Source of the DNA: Mobula hypostoma
Lineage: Eukaryota
Direction of reading: 5' to 3'
DNA: 64,000 bases
NCBI RefSeq assembly: GCF_963921235.1
Contig: NC_086098.1
Span: 155,620,001-155,684,000 of the forward strand
Part shown: piece after piece, positions 11,438 to 23,958 of the stretch
Layout: each line of letters starts with the position of its first letter
Position numbering within the stretch: position 1 is the stretch's first letter
The notes under the pieces: model-generated
The model's input: the letters and a program-made list of their open reading frames with translations, nothing else
Database searches by the model: none
Told to the model about the DNA's origin: nothing
Position numbers and translations under genes: made by a program

Positions 11438-14400
11438 CAGGATTTCTTAACCGGGCTTCCGCGAAAACTTGGGGTTCCGCGAGTGGTCGCCAGGAGTTCC
11501 TCGAGAAATCATGATTAAAAAAAAAACACAACGTTTTTCTGTGAACTTCGAGCAATTCGCGGTGCTAGCGTTCGCAGTGGTGGGCAGTGACTTAGTAACT
11601 CCGTTAGTAATTTCGTTAGAGCACCCTCAGCAATTATGGTAGTGCGCAGCAGGACCGCGTTTACTTGATTGAGGCCATGCTCAGTTTGTGACGCGAGATA
11701 GGGGGCCGTTGATAATTAGTGAGCGCTGTATTGCAAGGAGGGGAGGACGGCAGGGGCTGATAATTTGTGAGAGCTGTATAGCACGGGGTGGGGGGAAGGA
11801 CAGTAGGCTGATAATTGGTAAGTGCTGTATAGCACGGAGGGGAGGACGGTAGGCTGGTAAATGGTGAATGCTGTATTACACGGAGGGACGACGATTGGCT
11901 GATGAGGAGCGCGAAGAGAGTTTTCCGAGCATTGAATGGGATTCGCTCAAATTGGGCTGTGACGTCAACCTCTTCTTTACGAATTATCTCCCCCAACTTC
12001 CCTTTACGCTCGCCGACTGACTTATGGCAGCGAACAAACTACCAGTGTAGAGATAACTTCTCATTCTAAAGAAGGAAAATTGAGACTCAGCTGTCGGCCT
12101 ACCGCTTTGCTGCTGTTGTAAACATTGCAAAAGGTGGATTGCGTAGGTTAGAAGTGAATTGTATTGTGAACCCGTCTTGCCGGAGGGTTGCGGCTCGAAA
12201 CGTCGACTGTACTTTATTCCATAGATGCTGTCTGACCTGTTGAGTTCCTCCAGCATTTTCTTGTGTCGCTCGGATTTTTTTCTGGTTTGTGTATTGTCAA
12301 ATTTTCATATTTTTTTGCAGTTTTCTGGTTCAGTTATTCATCAAACCGTTCTTCTTATACAGTCCGTCTTTACAATGAAAGCTACTTTTCAGTGGGTATT
12401 ACCTGGACTGGTGATCCAAGTTATCCTAATCCATTGTGTCTAGTCTGTGGCAAACAACGTACAAATTCAGCAATCGCTCCAGCAGATTGAAAAGGAACTT
12501 AACTACAAATCACAGTCATAAGACATGTAAAAATGTTGATTATTCTAATCGGCTATTGGAATCTCAAAACAAACAGACTAAAGCTTTTGTTAATGAGTCA
12601 GTCAGTAAAAGTTTCAGAAGCAAGTTATTACCCAGAAAAGAAAATGTCACACAGTTGCTGAGAACGTCATAATGCCAGCATGTAAAATTAACATGGGTAA
12701 ATTGCTAGTGTAGCCCCCTCTGGCCAGCCTCAGGGTAGCTTGGCTCGCTGTCGTTTAGGGAAACAGCCCTCGGCCCCGCCAAACTGGGTAATTAGTTTGT
12801 GTGGATGTTGTGTGATGTACCCCACCCCGTCCAAATAACAGACAATATACCAGATACGATTAAATAATTTACAGTTTATAGATATTACTGGAACTATATA
12901 ATTAATAGAGAATAAAATATAAAAGGAAAATCAAAGGCGCCACACATCAAAGTTCAATCTCTTCGTGCACGAACAGCTGGAGCTCAGGATCCTTCTTCTT
13001 CACCCTGCGACCACTCGGACCACCTCGACCGACCGCCTGGGAACAACAACGGTGGTCGACCAGACGCTCCACACGAGTCCGTCTCCGCCTCTTCTCCTCG
13101 CCGAACGCCCTGCTCGGGGTCCGACCCCGTTAGCGGACTCACAGCATCTGGTCCATCCTCTGTCTCTCTCTCCCGCATTCTGCCTCCAAAACGCCGCGCA
13201 TACAAATGTTCCAGATACACTAAAATCATAACAACTATCCCAATTGGTTCGTAACTTCTTATCACCGCCTAACCGAAAACAAGCCGCTAGCGCAAAAACT
13301 TTCTCAGCGTTTAACATAACAAAGAAACATTCCCAAGTATAACATAACAAAGAAGCCATTTTAATCAGCCTACGCAGTAACACAAGAGACGAAACCCCCT
13401 TACACTAGGAGAAGATTCAGTACGAGAAATTGGAAAGATTTCACCCACAAACAGTACGATAGTCGATGTATTGACGACATGTCACATGATGCTGAAAAGG
13501 TTTTGTGTGATAAGCTGAAAAACAGCAGATACTCTATCCAGGTTGATGAGTCAATAAATTTCAGCAATAAATGTCATGTTGTTGCATTTGTAAAATTTAT
13601 AAATGATGGTGAAATTCAACAAAACTTATTGCGTTGCAAATTGCTGCCCGAAACAAGCAAAGGCCAAGTTATATTTAATGTTTGGTCTTCATATCTGGAA
13701 AAAAAGTATCTGTCTTGGGGGAACTCTGTTGACGTCTGTACTGATGGTGCCCCATCAATGTTTGGTTCCACGAGTTTCGTTTCTCTTGTGAAACTCCCTT
13801 TTTCTGGGCGTCTCCGGAAAACCGGCTCGTTCGGCCCTCGCTGACAGCCATTGGATTCCGCGGTGATACACTCACCTTTCTCCAGCATCGTACGTTTAGG
13901 GTGTCTGCAACGTTAGTCCATCCAAACCCCAGTTGTGAGAATGCTGTGTGATTTACTGCCCACGGCAGGAAACAACAGATCATATACCACGTACAATTTA
14001 CAAAGTATATTTAAGAATGTTAATTTAAGCAAACTGTTATTAAATGAAAGAAAGAAAAAACAACAAGGGCCTATTACTCTTAAACAGTCAAATGCGAACT
14101 TAAGTTATAGCTCATCTTGAACTTGTCTGGACGCTAACTCGAACCCTAACCCTAACCCACACCACCATCCGAGCGTCGCTCGAAATCCATCTCGGACAAA
14201 CGGGTCTCCCACGGTTCTATTGCTTCTTCTTTTTGAAGCCATTCATCTACACAAAGTACCTTGTGCAACAGGTACGGTATCCTCAGCCATCTTTCACCGC
14301 TGTCTTCTTCCAATTCCCGCCAACAAAAACCCAGCGTTTGACAGAACCTTCTCCCAATTCCACTATCCTGATTGGCTGGCAGCACATTCCTAAGTTGAAT

Positions 14401-14814
14401 AACAAACCATTTATCTTAGCTCAAACTCAAGCAAGTTGAAAGCAGAACAGACTGCTCTTACAGAACTGCTTAAATGAAATACCTAGAGCATAGCAGTAAA
14501 AATCTTAACCAGGGCGTCACACTTGTAGAAAAAGAAAATTCTGATGTGTCATAACCCACTCCTTCAACATTGCAAATAATTTTGCATGTTGTAAATAGCA
14601 TTAATCGATATCAATTTAGAACCTTTATTTAAGTTAAATCTACCGAGCCTACCTCCAGAAAAATTAAATCCCATTTTGTCTTCAGCCAGTTCATTAGCGA
14701 AGCTTTTCCTTATGAGTTTATTAACATTTATAAAAGGGAAAGAAATAGATTAATTTCAAGAACCGTAAGCTATTTTCAAAGGTTCCTCCAGGGCAAAAAG
14801 TTTGAGAAAGGCTG
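11438..14814 (+). mobile_element. Decayed hAT (Buster/Charlie-type) DNA transposon
   Basis: BED-like peptide YNESYFSVGITWTGD..PLCLVCG, DDE-region peptides SIQVDES and CTDGAPSM (13479-13844), imperfect TIRs caggatttcttaacc / gtttgagaaaggctg, and a right TSD ctcTAgaa (left copy ctttggag is degenerate). Confidence 0.8.
12709..13404. mobile_element. Solo LTR (Gypsy-type) inserted in the hAT transposase
   Basis: Termini TGTAG...TTACA, a perfect 4-bp CTAG TSD at 12705-12708/13405-13408, and similarity to the other LTRs in the window. Confidence 0.88.
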
Positions 14815-14954
14815 CTCTAGAAAATTTAGATGTTTTCTGTTTAACATTTGCCCCATAGAATTAACCACTACGCTAAACGGAAGAATTCATGTCATGTCTA
14901 CGTATTTCTCTCCATCTTTGGAAAGGGATTTAGAACCTGTTCAAATTGAGCGCT

Positions 14955-15215
14955 TCGGTAGTGTTAAAGTTAGCGCAACGCTGTTACAGCTGGCGGTAGC
15001 GGAGTTCGGAGTTCAATCTCGATGTTATCTGTAAAGAATTTGTACCTTCCTCCCCGTGAACGCGCGGGTTTCCACCGGGATTCTACGATTTCCTCCCACA
15101 TTCCAAAGATCTATATTACAATTTGTCCAGTCGTTAGTCTAGGATTAATAGGTGGTTTGTTGGTCTGTGCGGCTCATTGGGTCGGAAGGGCCACGTAAAT
15201 AAATAAAAAATAAAT
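14955..15215 (+). mobile_element. V-SINE inside an older paralog of the 8780-9420 / 27500-29330 segment
   Basis: ggagttcggagttcaa and gggtttccaccgggattctacgatttcctcccacattccaaaga are present; the flanks (14815-15400) match the other two copies. Confidence 0.7.
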
Positions 15216-15689
15216 TTAAAAATTCAGGTGCCGTCTTGTTAAGGTGGGATGTGAGTACACTATTAGTTTATTTACCAATATAATCAAAGCCTCTTGCCTT
15301 CCCAGCTGATTGCTGTTCATTCACACTAACTCTCTGTGATTCATTTACAGACCCTAAATTGTCTTCTAATACTGACATTACTGTTTAATCTATTGCTTTC
15401 ATTTTCCGTTCATGTAGATGGTTAGAAACAACATAGGAGACCGCTGGGCTTGTAGCTTTCTGACTGGCTTTGTGGCTGTCCCTGAACTTCAGTATTGAAT
15501 GCTATTTACGTACTTTTATTGATTGTGCGACTTCTGTCCCCCCGCCCCCCCATCACCCCCGCACATTGTGTGTTTGACAGTCTGCCTTTTTAATGGGTTC
15601 TATTGGGTTTCTTTGATTTGCGGCTGCTTGTCAGGAGATGTATATCAATGTTGGATATAGTAAACAATGATCAGAAATGTACTTTGAAC

Positions 15690-17170
15690 TTTGGAAGAAG
15701 GGTATGGCTTGTCAACACCAATTCCGACATACTGAAGTGCCCTACCGTTCACTGTGTAAGACCTACCCTGGTTGGATCTACCAAAGGTCAACACCTTGCA
15801 CTTGTCAGCATTAAATACCATCAGCCATTTTTCAGCCCATTTTTCGAACTGAGTTAGACCGCGCTAGAAGCTCTGGTAGTCTTCCTCGCTGTCCACTACA
15901 CCCCCAATCTTGGTGTCAACCGCAAATTTGCTGATCTAGATAAGCACATTATCAGCCAGATCAATGATATAAATGACAAACAACAACGGACCCAGCACCA
16001 ATCGCAGGGACACTCCACTTGTCACAGGCCTTCAGTAAGAGATCGAACCACCTACTGTCACTCTGTGGTTTCTACCTCAAAGCCATTGGCTAATCTATTT
16101 GATTACCTCAACTTTAATGCTGATCAACTTGACCTTCTTGACCAGCCTCCCATGCGGGACATTTTCAAATGTATTGCTAAAGTCCATGTAGACAACATCC
16201 ACTGCCTTGCCTTCATACACGTTCCTGGTCACTTCCTCGAAAAACTTGTTTTATCTTGACTTACCAAGCACAAAGCCATGCTGATCATCCCTAATCAAAC
16301 TTTCTCTATCCAAAATACTCATATATCCGGTACTTAGAGTACCTCCCGAAAACTTTCCAACGATTGATGTCAGGCTCATACGTCTTTAATTACCTGGTTT
16401 ATGTTTAGAGCCTTTCTTAAACGGTGGGATAATATTGGCTATCCTGTAATACTCTGGTACTTCTATCGCTAAGGATCATTCTGTTACGGCTCCTGCAATT
16501 TCTGCAATTGCCTACCACAGAGTTCAAGGGATCACCTTGTTAGGCCTGGGGATTTATCCACCCTAATTTGCCTCAAGATAGCAAACACCTCTTCTTCTGA
16601 AGTCTGCATAGGGTCCACGACCTCCCTTCCGTTTGCCTTATTTGTATAGATTCTGTGTCCGTCTCTCGAGTGAATAGAGTTGCAACAACAACAACAACAA
16701 CAACAAAAAGATTTAAGATCTCCCCATCTCTTCTGGCTCCACGCACGGATTACCATTCTGATCTTCCAGAGGACCAGTTTTGTCCCTTGAAATCTTTTTG
16801 ATCGTAATATGTCTGTAGAATCCCTTAGGATTCTCATCCACTTTGCAAAATCAGACCTTCTATTTGCCCTCCTGATTTCTTTCTAAGTGTACTCTTGCAA
16901 TTCATATACTCCAGAAATACCTCATTTTTCCCTAGCTGCCAACACCTACAATTCTCTTCCTTTTTCTCCTTAGACAGGGCCACAATATCTCCTGAAATCC
17001 CAAGGTTCCCTGCACCTGTTGTCTTTAACTTTTGTCTCGAAAGGCACATACTCTCAAGTTTTCACTTTTGAAGGACTCCTAATAACCAAGTACACCTTTA
17101 CCAGAAGACAGCTTGTCCCAATCCACACTTGCCAGATGCTTTCTGATGCCATTTAAATTGGCCTATTCCA
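15690..17170 (-). mobile_element. Old decayed CR1 ORF2 fragment upstream of cluster A
   Basis: Antisense RT-like remnants, e.g. aaagtccatgtagacaacatccactgccttgccttc. The same remnant lies collinearly at 35940-37010. Confidence 0.65.
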
Positions 17171-17784
17171 ATTTAGATATACATACCTAACAAATTGTAA
17201 TGATGTGAATAAGAGGAAGTAAAAAGAACCCGATGGGTGGACTGCATGTCACTTTGCATTCAATCGTTGATTGATATGAGTTATTCTTCTTTAAGAGTAC
17301 ATCAATAGTCCAAGTTACTTTAACGAGGGGAATAGACTGGCGTGAATAATATTTGTATGCAAAAGTTTCCGTGGTTTGGAGCATCATCATTGAGACGAAG
17401 TTTACCACTTCATCTATTTCAATTATTTAACTAGTATTTAAAAAATGTCTTTTTTTTCTCAACACCATCTCCTGCAAAGTATTTCAGAATGAAGTTCTGC
17501 AGTGCTGTGATTTATTGCCGCCTTGTTTCTCCTACTACTCATGTTAGTGTCTTATGGGTACAAATATTTATGCCATAGGTATTTTTCCTTATATATAAAT
17601 CTATAATAAAAGAAAATTCAAAAAGTTTAATGTCTTTCTCAAGCTACTCTCAAAGTCATTCTCTCAGCTAATCAATCATTTTTATATAGTATCTCAGCTA
17701 ACATGAGTATTTGTGTCATGACAATATTCTGATTCAAAATATATGCTGCGTGCTGGGCAACCTAGTTCAAGTAATAAACACAAT

Positions 17785-18025
17785 CCTGATCAATATCAAA
17801 GTTGCTGGTGAACGCAGCAGGCCAAGCAGCATCTCCAGGAAGAGGTACAGTCGACGTCTCAGGCCGAGACCCTTCGTCAGGACTGACGAAAGGTCTCGGC
17901 CTGAAACGTCGACTGTACCTCTTCCTTGAGATGCTGCCTGGCTTGCTGCGTTCACCAGCAACTTTGATGTGTGTTGCTTGAATTTCCAGCATCTGCAGAA
18001 TTCCTGTTGTTTGCCTGATCAATAT
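17785..18025. mobile_element. Mini Penelope-like insertion: inverted pair of terminal repeats
   Basis: 86-bp inverted arms at 17795-17880 and 17883-17968 (5 mismatches) and a CCTGATCAATAT direct repeat at 17785-17796/18014-18025. Confidence 0.88.
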
Positions 18026-18561
18026 ATCTGATTTTGCATGTTGAATCACCCGATGTCATCACCGATTATAGTATTTTCAGCAGGTTGTACACTTGATTTA
18101 ATCTGTTACTTTCTGGCTTACTCGTGGCGCTTGGAAACATCTCAAAGTAACTGCAACTTTCAAGCATTTTTGGATTTTTCATTGAAAATCTACTTAATTG
18201 TAACGGTCACGCATGATCACGACGCACGGTACAGATAGCTGAAGCTAAAGGATAGGTTCCTTTATTGAAGAATATCGGGGTTGTTGCAAAGATTGATTCT
18301 TTGATTTAGACACGCTGCATCTGCCACGTATAAAAGGAAAGTTAAACATTTAGACTAATTAAGTGATAGGTACCGTGACGTTCTTGAGCTGCTTATACAG
18401 TTACAGGTGCAAGTTTGTGAAGCTACTTCTCAAGAACTCCACGTATAACGTGCAAAATCACCGTCGGTCTGTTAGTTAATGTCACCATTTCCAGCTGGGA
18501 AATCTTACGATATGGCGAGCTGAACACAGCTGCTCAGTTAAGCCTCGCAACCTCAGCGTTA

Positions 18562-18569
18562 ATTTGCAT
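18562..18569 (+). promoter_or_regulatory. Ig light-chain promoter octamer ATTTGCAT
   Basis: Perfect octamer in light-chain orientation about 118 nt upstream of the leader ATG, with E-boxes CAGCTG (18527) and CACGTG (18588) and a TTATATT at 18637 nearby. Confidence 0.85.
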
Positions 18570-18687
18570 AGGTGTAGAGCACATAATCACGTGCTCCTAT
18601 TCGTTGCACTGATGAGGAAAGGACAGCCGGCCAGGGTTATATTCTGGCTGCAAACTGTGCACTTTCCAGAACGCATCCGAATTCACG

Positions 18688-18730
18688 ATGTCCAGGAGGC
18701 TGGGTGTTATCTTGATAATTTGCGTAGTCT
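18688..18730 (+). CDS. IgL cluster A leader exon (MSRRLGVILIICVV)
   Basis: ATG, a hydrophobic signal peptide, a phase-1 donor T|GTAAGT, and a short intron to the acceptor tttttctag at 18831. Confidence 0.88.
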
Positions 18731-18831
18731 GTAAGTATCTAATAACAGTTATTTGGATTTTTAGAGCGCATTCTTGTTGCAGATAATTCTTCACATGAAG
18801 CCTGCCATCTAATACTGACTTATTTTTCTAG

Positions 18832-19181
18832 GTTCAAATGCAGAGATCACATTAAATCAAGAGGGATCTCTGTCCGTTCAGCCGAGAGGAACGGTGAAGA
18901 TCGGTTGTAGCGTGTCTGGCGCCACCTTGGGAAATTCTGATATAGCGTGGTGTCAGCAGAAAAGTGGTGGTGCTCCCCGATTTCTCCTCTATCATGATCG
19001 CGGTCGAGACGTAAAGGGTGCTGGCATTCCCGATAGATTCTCTGGAAGGTCTCAGTCTTCGAGCAACGCCGCATTTTTAACTATTACCAATGTTCAACCG
19101 GAGGACGCGCCGATTAATACTGTAGTTGGTGGCCATCGAACGCGTTGCTCTTCGGTGGAGGCACTAAGTTGGCTGTAACAG
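18832..19181 (+). pseudogene. IgL cluster A germline-joined VJ exon, inactivated (frameshift + stop)
   Basis: Reads CSNAEITLNQEGSLSVQPRGTVKIGC..W C QQK..GIPDRFSG..VQPED. A 1-nt deletion at about 19108 and TAA at 19115-19117 follow, then YC-SWWPSNALL-FGGGTKLAVT and the donor G|GTAAGC. The exon is 350 nt versus 351 expected, and no RSS lies between V and J. Confidence 0.93.
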
Positions 19182-19419
19182 GTAAGCAGCATTTACTTTA
19201 TTTTGTGCAATTGGATTTCTTTATCATTTTCTAGAGTCAATCTTTGAAAACCATAGGGTCAATTCGATTATTGTTGCAAGTACTACTCGAAGATGGTACT
19301 CAGAATTTAAACTGTTTAGTGATTATATCTGGGTGTTAGGATGGAGCTACGTCTCTACCAAAGGAGGTATAAGACTCTCCTTTCATCTGCTAACCTGCAT
19401 GTCACCCTTGGGCCAAATT

Positions 19420-19700
19420 ACCTACTCAGCTCCCTGATCAGGGTCACCTGAAGCCAAGGGAGCAAGTGGTGGATGGACATATAACCAGAATTTCTGATTA
19501 GGCGACCACTGACGCCAGGCAGATGATCTCTGAAGTGTATCGATAAGTGTACAGACACTGTGAAGAAGAAGGCAATAGCAAACCATTTCTGTAGAAAAAA
19601 TTGCCAAGGGCAATCCTGGTCAAGGATAGGGCCACGATTACCCACGTCATACAGCATTGCAGATAACGCCGATCCTGCGTTCGTGTGCATTAAGTAGCAT
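19420..19700 (-). mobile_element. Probable RTE-related SINE/LINE fragment in the cluster A J-C intron
   Basis: gcaatagcaaaccatttctgtagaaaaaattgccaag resembles the RTE/BovB-type aatggcaaaccac motif; recognised from memory only. Confidence 0.35.
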
Positions 19701-20724
19701 TCTGGAAGTAAAAGCTTTATTTTGAATTAGTCTCATAGTTCATGCCGAAGTAGTGAACAGCAAGAATAATTCACAACTCTTAATATTAGTCAAAGCATCG
19801 TATATGGCAAAATTACAGAATATTTAAGTTAGGGACGTGAGGAGCCATTAGCAGGAAAAGTAATTTTAGATAAAATATTTAAGCCTTGAGCGTTATTGTT
19901 CTATTTTAGTGGGTTCCTTTATTCCTCAAAGCAAACGAGGCCAAACCCTGTAAATTTGTGTCTTTTTCCGGAGTGGATGTGGGTGGTGGTGGAAAGAAAG
20001 AGCTGTGTGACTCAATGAAACTGAAAGGTACAGTTAGATTAGATTCTACCTGGTCTGCGGAGTTCCTCCAGCAGTTTGTATTTGTACTACTGTTGGTAGA
20101 ACAGTGGAGCGGCCCTGGGATAAGGGGCTATCTCTCAATTCCAGTCGGGCCGAGAATTAGAATCTGATAACCAGAAGCTCCCCGAAATCTCCCAGACCAA
20201 CACAGGATTTCAGGATGTTTTTCGAACGCTGGAAATTCATGTCCTCTTTGCATCAGCTTTTTTTTTACATAGGAAAGGGAGTCAGTGAACTAATTCCATC
20301 AATAGAAAAGAGGCAGAACTCTTTCGGAATATTCTATCACCAGCACGTGTTCGTTATTTTCTAAACACAAGACGACTGAGATTTATTGCTTGCAACTTAA
20401 TGCCATCTATAGCTACATTATCGTAACACCGGATACGACGGTTAGTTTGAAAACAACACCTACAGTTAAACCCTGAGGACTGATGGAAATAAGTACATCG
20501 TTGTAACAAAATAGTTTGAAATGAACAATTTCAAGTTTCTATCATATATTAGGACGAATAACACAGTAACGACCGACTTTCCACGGCGATTTCTTTCACC
20601 TCGCCATAGATTGCTGCGGTACGGTGGTCATAAACACGGTAAACATTGAAAAGCTTCGATTGACGCAAATTCTCTTTGTTGTTACAGTAACATTAATCAA
20701 AATAGCTTGCAAGAACATTAAGTG

Positions 20725-20996
20725 ATTTGCATTAATTTAATTTATATTTGTAGCAATTTTTCTGAAGTTAACTTGAAAGGGCAAATTATCGGATTTGGGA
20801 TATTTTTGTAAACATTAACTGCTGCATTGGGTTTACATGGCTGGCACCTGCTCCCTCTGCTTAGTATGATCAGAATGGGTTTCTCAAGTAATCAGTGTCG
20901 CAGGGTTCAGGTCACTTTCCCAATATTTACACCGCACCTGTTCTGAACTGGCAGTATTTGACAGAGTTGTGTGGAGGGAGACTTAGTTTGCATCTG
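20725..20996 (+). promoter_or_regulatory. Candidate intronic enhancer (octamer + three E-boxes)
   Basis: ATTTGCAT at 20725-20732, CACCTG at 20845 and 20935, and CATCTG at 20991, all in unique J-C intron sequence. Confidence 0.4.
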
Positions 20997-23449
20997 ATTT
21001 TCGAGGTACATGTCTGAAAATGTTTCATACGACACGGAAGAAATTAGTGCATGAATTAAATACAGAGTAAAGCTCATTGACTTTCTTCCATCATTATCAC
21101 TCCGGGTTTGCAAGAGTAAAAATCATTCCTGTACGTTCTCCTTTCAAACACTCCAAAGGTACGAGTATGATCCGTCAAAAACAAATTGATTTCACTTCCA
21201 ATACCGTGATAAACACTGGCAAGGTCAGGGAAGCACGGGTTAGATAGAAAGAAAAGCACCTACACTGCCCGTCAGTTAGTATCAATCCTCAATAGGTATA
21301 GATGGAGGGGTATTGAGGTTATGCTCAGGATACAGAAAATGTGACGTAGAGCCAAATGGAATCAAGCAAAAGCTGTTGGGAAAATAAGGAATTTAGAAAT
21401 CCAATTGCTGAAGAAAATAGGAGCAAATCTGGACATATGCTTCGCACATAATTTGATCCGAAGAGATTCTTTGAATATACTAAGAGCAGAAAGGCAGCTA
21501 GGGAGAGAAAAGGTCCACTTAAGGATTAGTTTGATCGCCGATGTGCGGAACCGCAGGAGACTGACGTGGAATGAAATGGATACTTCCAATCTACTTTAAA
21601 GTGGAAAAGTCATAGAAGCTAGGAAATACAGCGACGAACAATGCGATGCCCTGAAGCATAATGATATTAAGTAAAATAGCGTTTTTGAGGAGAATAACAG
21701 TTGATAAATCTCGGGACCTTGCTTTCTATATCCCCAAATGTGTAGCAAGCTTGGGAACAAATCGCTGGGATATTTCCCGAGACATTTGTATCTTTGTTAG
21801 CCACACGCATGTTTTCGGAAATCTGAAGTTTGGTTAATGTTTCATTTTTATTTGAGAGACTGGAAGGATAAGCTAAGGACCGGCGAGCCTAACATTAGTC
21901 GAAAGGCACTTCCGGCGATTCTGCGAGAGAAGATGTATATGCATTTGAAAAGGGAAGAAATTAGTAATAGTCAGAATGATTTTGTGTGTAAGAAATCACA
22001 TCTGCCGAATTTACTTGGCTGTTTTGAAAAGGTGACCAAAATAACTGACCACATGGGATGGACGTGAATTATAATGAACGACTGGGATAAACCGAGATTA
22101 CTCTCCTTTCATCGGAAAGAGGCTGAAGGGTGACATTAGAGGTTTATTAAATGATGACGGGAATACATAGGGTGAACGGTGAACGTCCAGTAAACCCCTC
22201 TCGGACTTCCAGACGGATGCAAGTATCGCTTCGATGACAAACTCTGCCATCTTGATCATGAAGATGGAGAGTTTGTCATGTAAGCGTCCGTTAAAATGGA
22301 TACCTGTTCCCGGCCGGAAACCCGAGAAGGGTTTATTCGTCATATACGCCGGGAAAGCACCAGATCCTTTTTGGTCAATGTCTATTTCCCATTGTCACTG
22401 TGCTTAAAACTGGAGGACATGGGTTTAATGATACGAAGGAAAATTAAACGTTCTTTCCCCACAAAGGTGGTTGCTATACGATACGGCAATAGATGCCAGA
22501 CGAAATGATAGTTGTTGCAACAGATACGATGCTTAAAATACGTTTAGAGATGTACACGGATGGGTAATGTTTAAAGACATATGGAGAAAATGTAGGTGAA
22601 TGGGTTCAGCTAACTCGACGCCTTATTCAGCATCGACGAAGTGGGCGAAGAACTTGTTTTCTTGTTGTATAACTCTGGTACTCCAATATGTGGCTTGTTT
22701 CCATAGGGTTTTGATCGCCATGGAGGAGTAAGTGCGCTTATGGATCAATTTTGCATTGGCGGCTCTTAACTCAGGAAAATACACCAGATGGCGATTGTTC
22801 GAAAGTCGCCTTTTCTGCCTTCATCGCATGGGATAGTAAGAGAGCTGAAGGTGGAAGGTGTATATGATCACGCGCGAATATGGAAGTGTGAGAGTCGCGC
22901 TCTATGTTTGCTTAGGTATCCTGGGTTATTTATTTAAAACCCATGAAGTAGAGCGACCTCCACTCTTCTTGTATAGACATGCATTTAGATCACAACGTCT
23001 CTCTGTGAAGACCGCGAGGTAGCCGCTCTGCAACGGATAAATTAAATCACCCTCGTATGTATGGGCGTCCATGGACGCAGACAAAAAAAAATATAATTGT
23101 AACTGGAACTGCCCAGCGTGTTCTAGCGTGGAAGGATGTCAATAATTGCAGTTATGTAATTGTGACATTTTTGAGTTATAAATATTGTTCAGGACGATAT
23201 TCTCTCCAGCTCCTCTTGAAAATGACGCCACCGATCGTTTCCAGTCACATCACCGACCTAATGCCGATTGTTGAACGCGCATTCGGCACCGTTGTACAAA
23301 GTCTGTCCACTTTTTCCCACTCGTCTTCGGTGTTGGACTTGAACCCGCAAATTGCCATCTGAGAGACCACACGTCAAGTCACTAAGTATTAAATGATTCA
23401 GACAAGATTTGTTATCGTTCTTTAATACGGACTTATTTTTTCATTCCAG

Positions 23450-23778
23450 GTGGAAAATTGACCCGTCCTTCGATTACTCTTCTTCCACCTGCGTCAAAAC
23501 AGGTCACTGAAGGACAGATGGCGACTCTGGTGTGTCTGGTCAATAATTTTTCCCCTAGATCGGTGGAGGTTTCCTGGGAAACGGACGGCAAAGCCGTGAA
23601 GGCTGGTGTCCAGACGACCCGAACCGTCCGGAATAACGACCAGACCTACAGCATGAGCAGTTACCTCACCCTGACCGCCTCTGAGTGGAACTCACACGAA
23701 GTGTACACTTGCGGGGTTACACACCAGTCTCTCGGGTCTCCACTGAAGCGAAGCATACAGAAGTCGGGCTGTGCGTAA
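23450..23778 (+). CDS. IgL cluster A constant exon (intact C1-set domain, isotype uncertain)
   Basis: Acceptor ttttttcattccag|GT is in phase with the J donor. Peptide GGKLTRPSITLLPP..ATLVCLV..W..YSMSSYLTL..YTCGVTH..KSGCA* includes the penultimate interchain Cys. Confidence 0.95.
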
Positions 23779-23947
23779 GAGAGAGCCGGCCGTTTGGGTG
23801 CGCGATGTTACTTATGGTCGGGGACAGCAACGTTTTACGATTGTTTCATTTCTATTGGCGAGCGGCTTTCGAAAAGTAGAACTTCAACAATATTTACATT
23901 TTAAGAAAATAATCACTTTATAACGGAGTCCTAGCATCTTTTGTTTA

Positions 23948-23958
23948 AATAAAATAAA
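23948..23958 (+). terminator. Polyadenylation signal of cluster A (overlapping AATAAA x2)
   Basis: AATAAAATAAA about 170 nt after the stop codon. Confidence 0.7.

Noticed and set aside
14146-14158. Telomere-like ccctaaccctaac
   Set aside because: Only two units, inside the decayed hAT region; not an interstitial telomeric array.
16532-16837. ORF containing a poly-cysteine run
   Set aside because: The run is translation of an (AAC)n microsatellite at 16683-16706 inside a decayed CR1.
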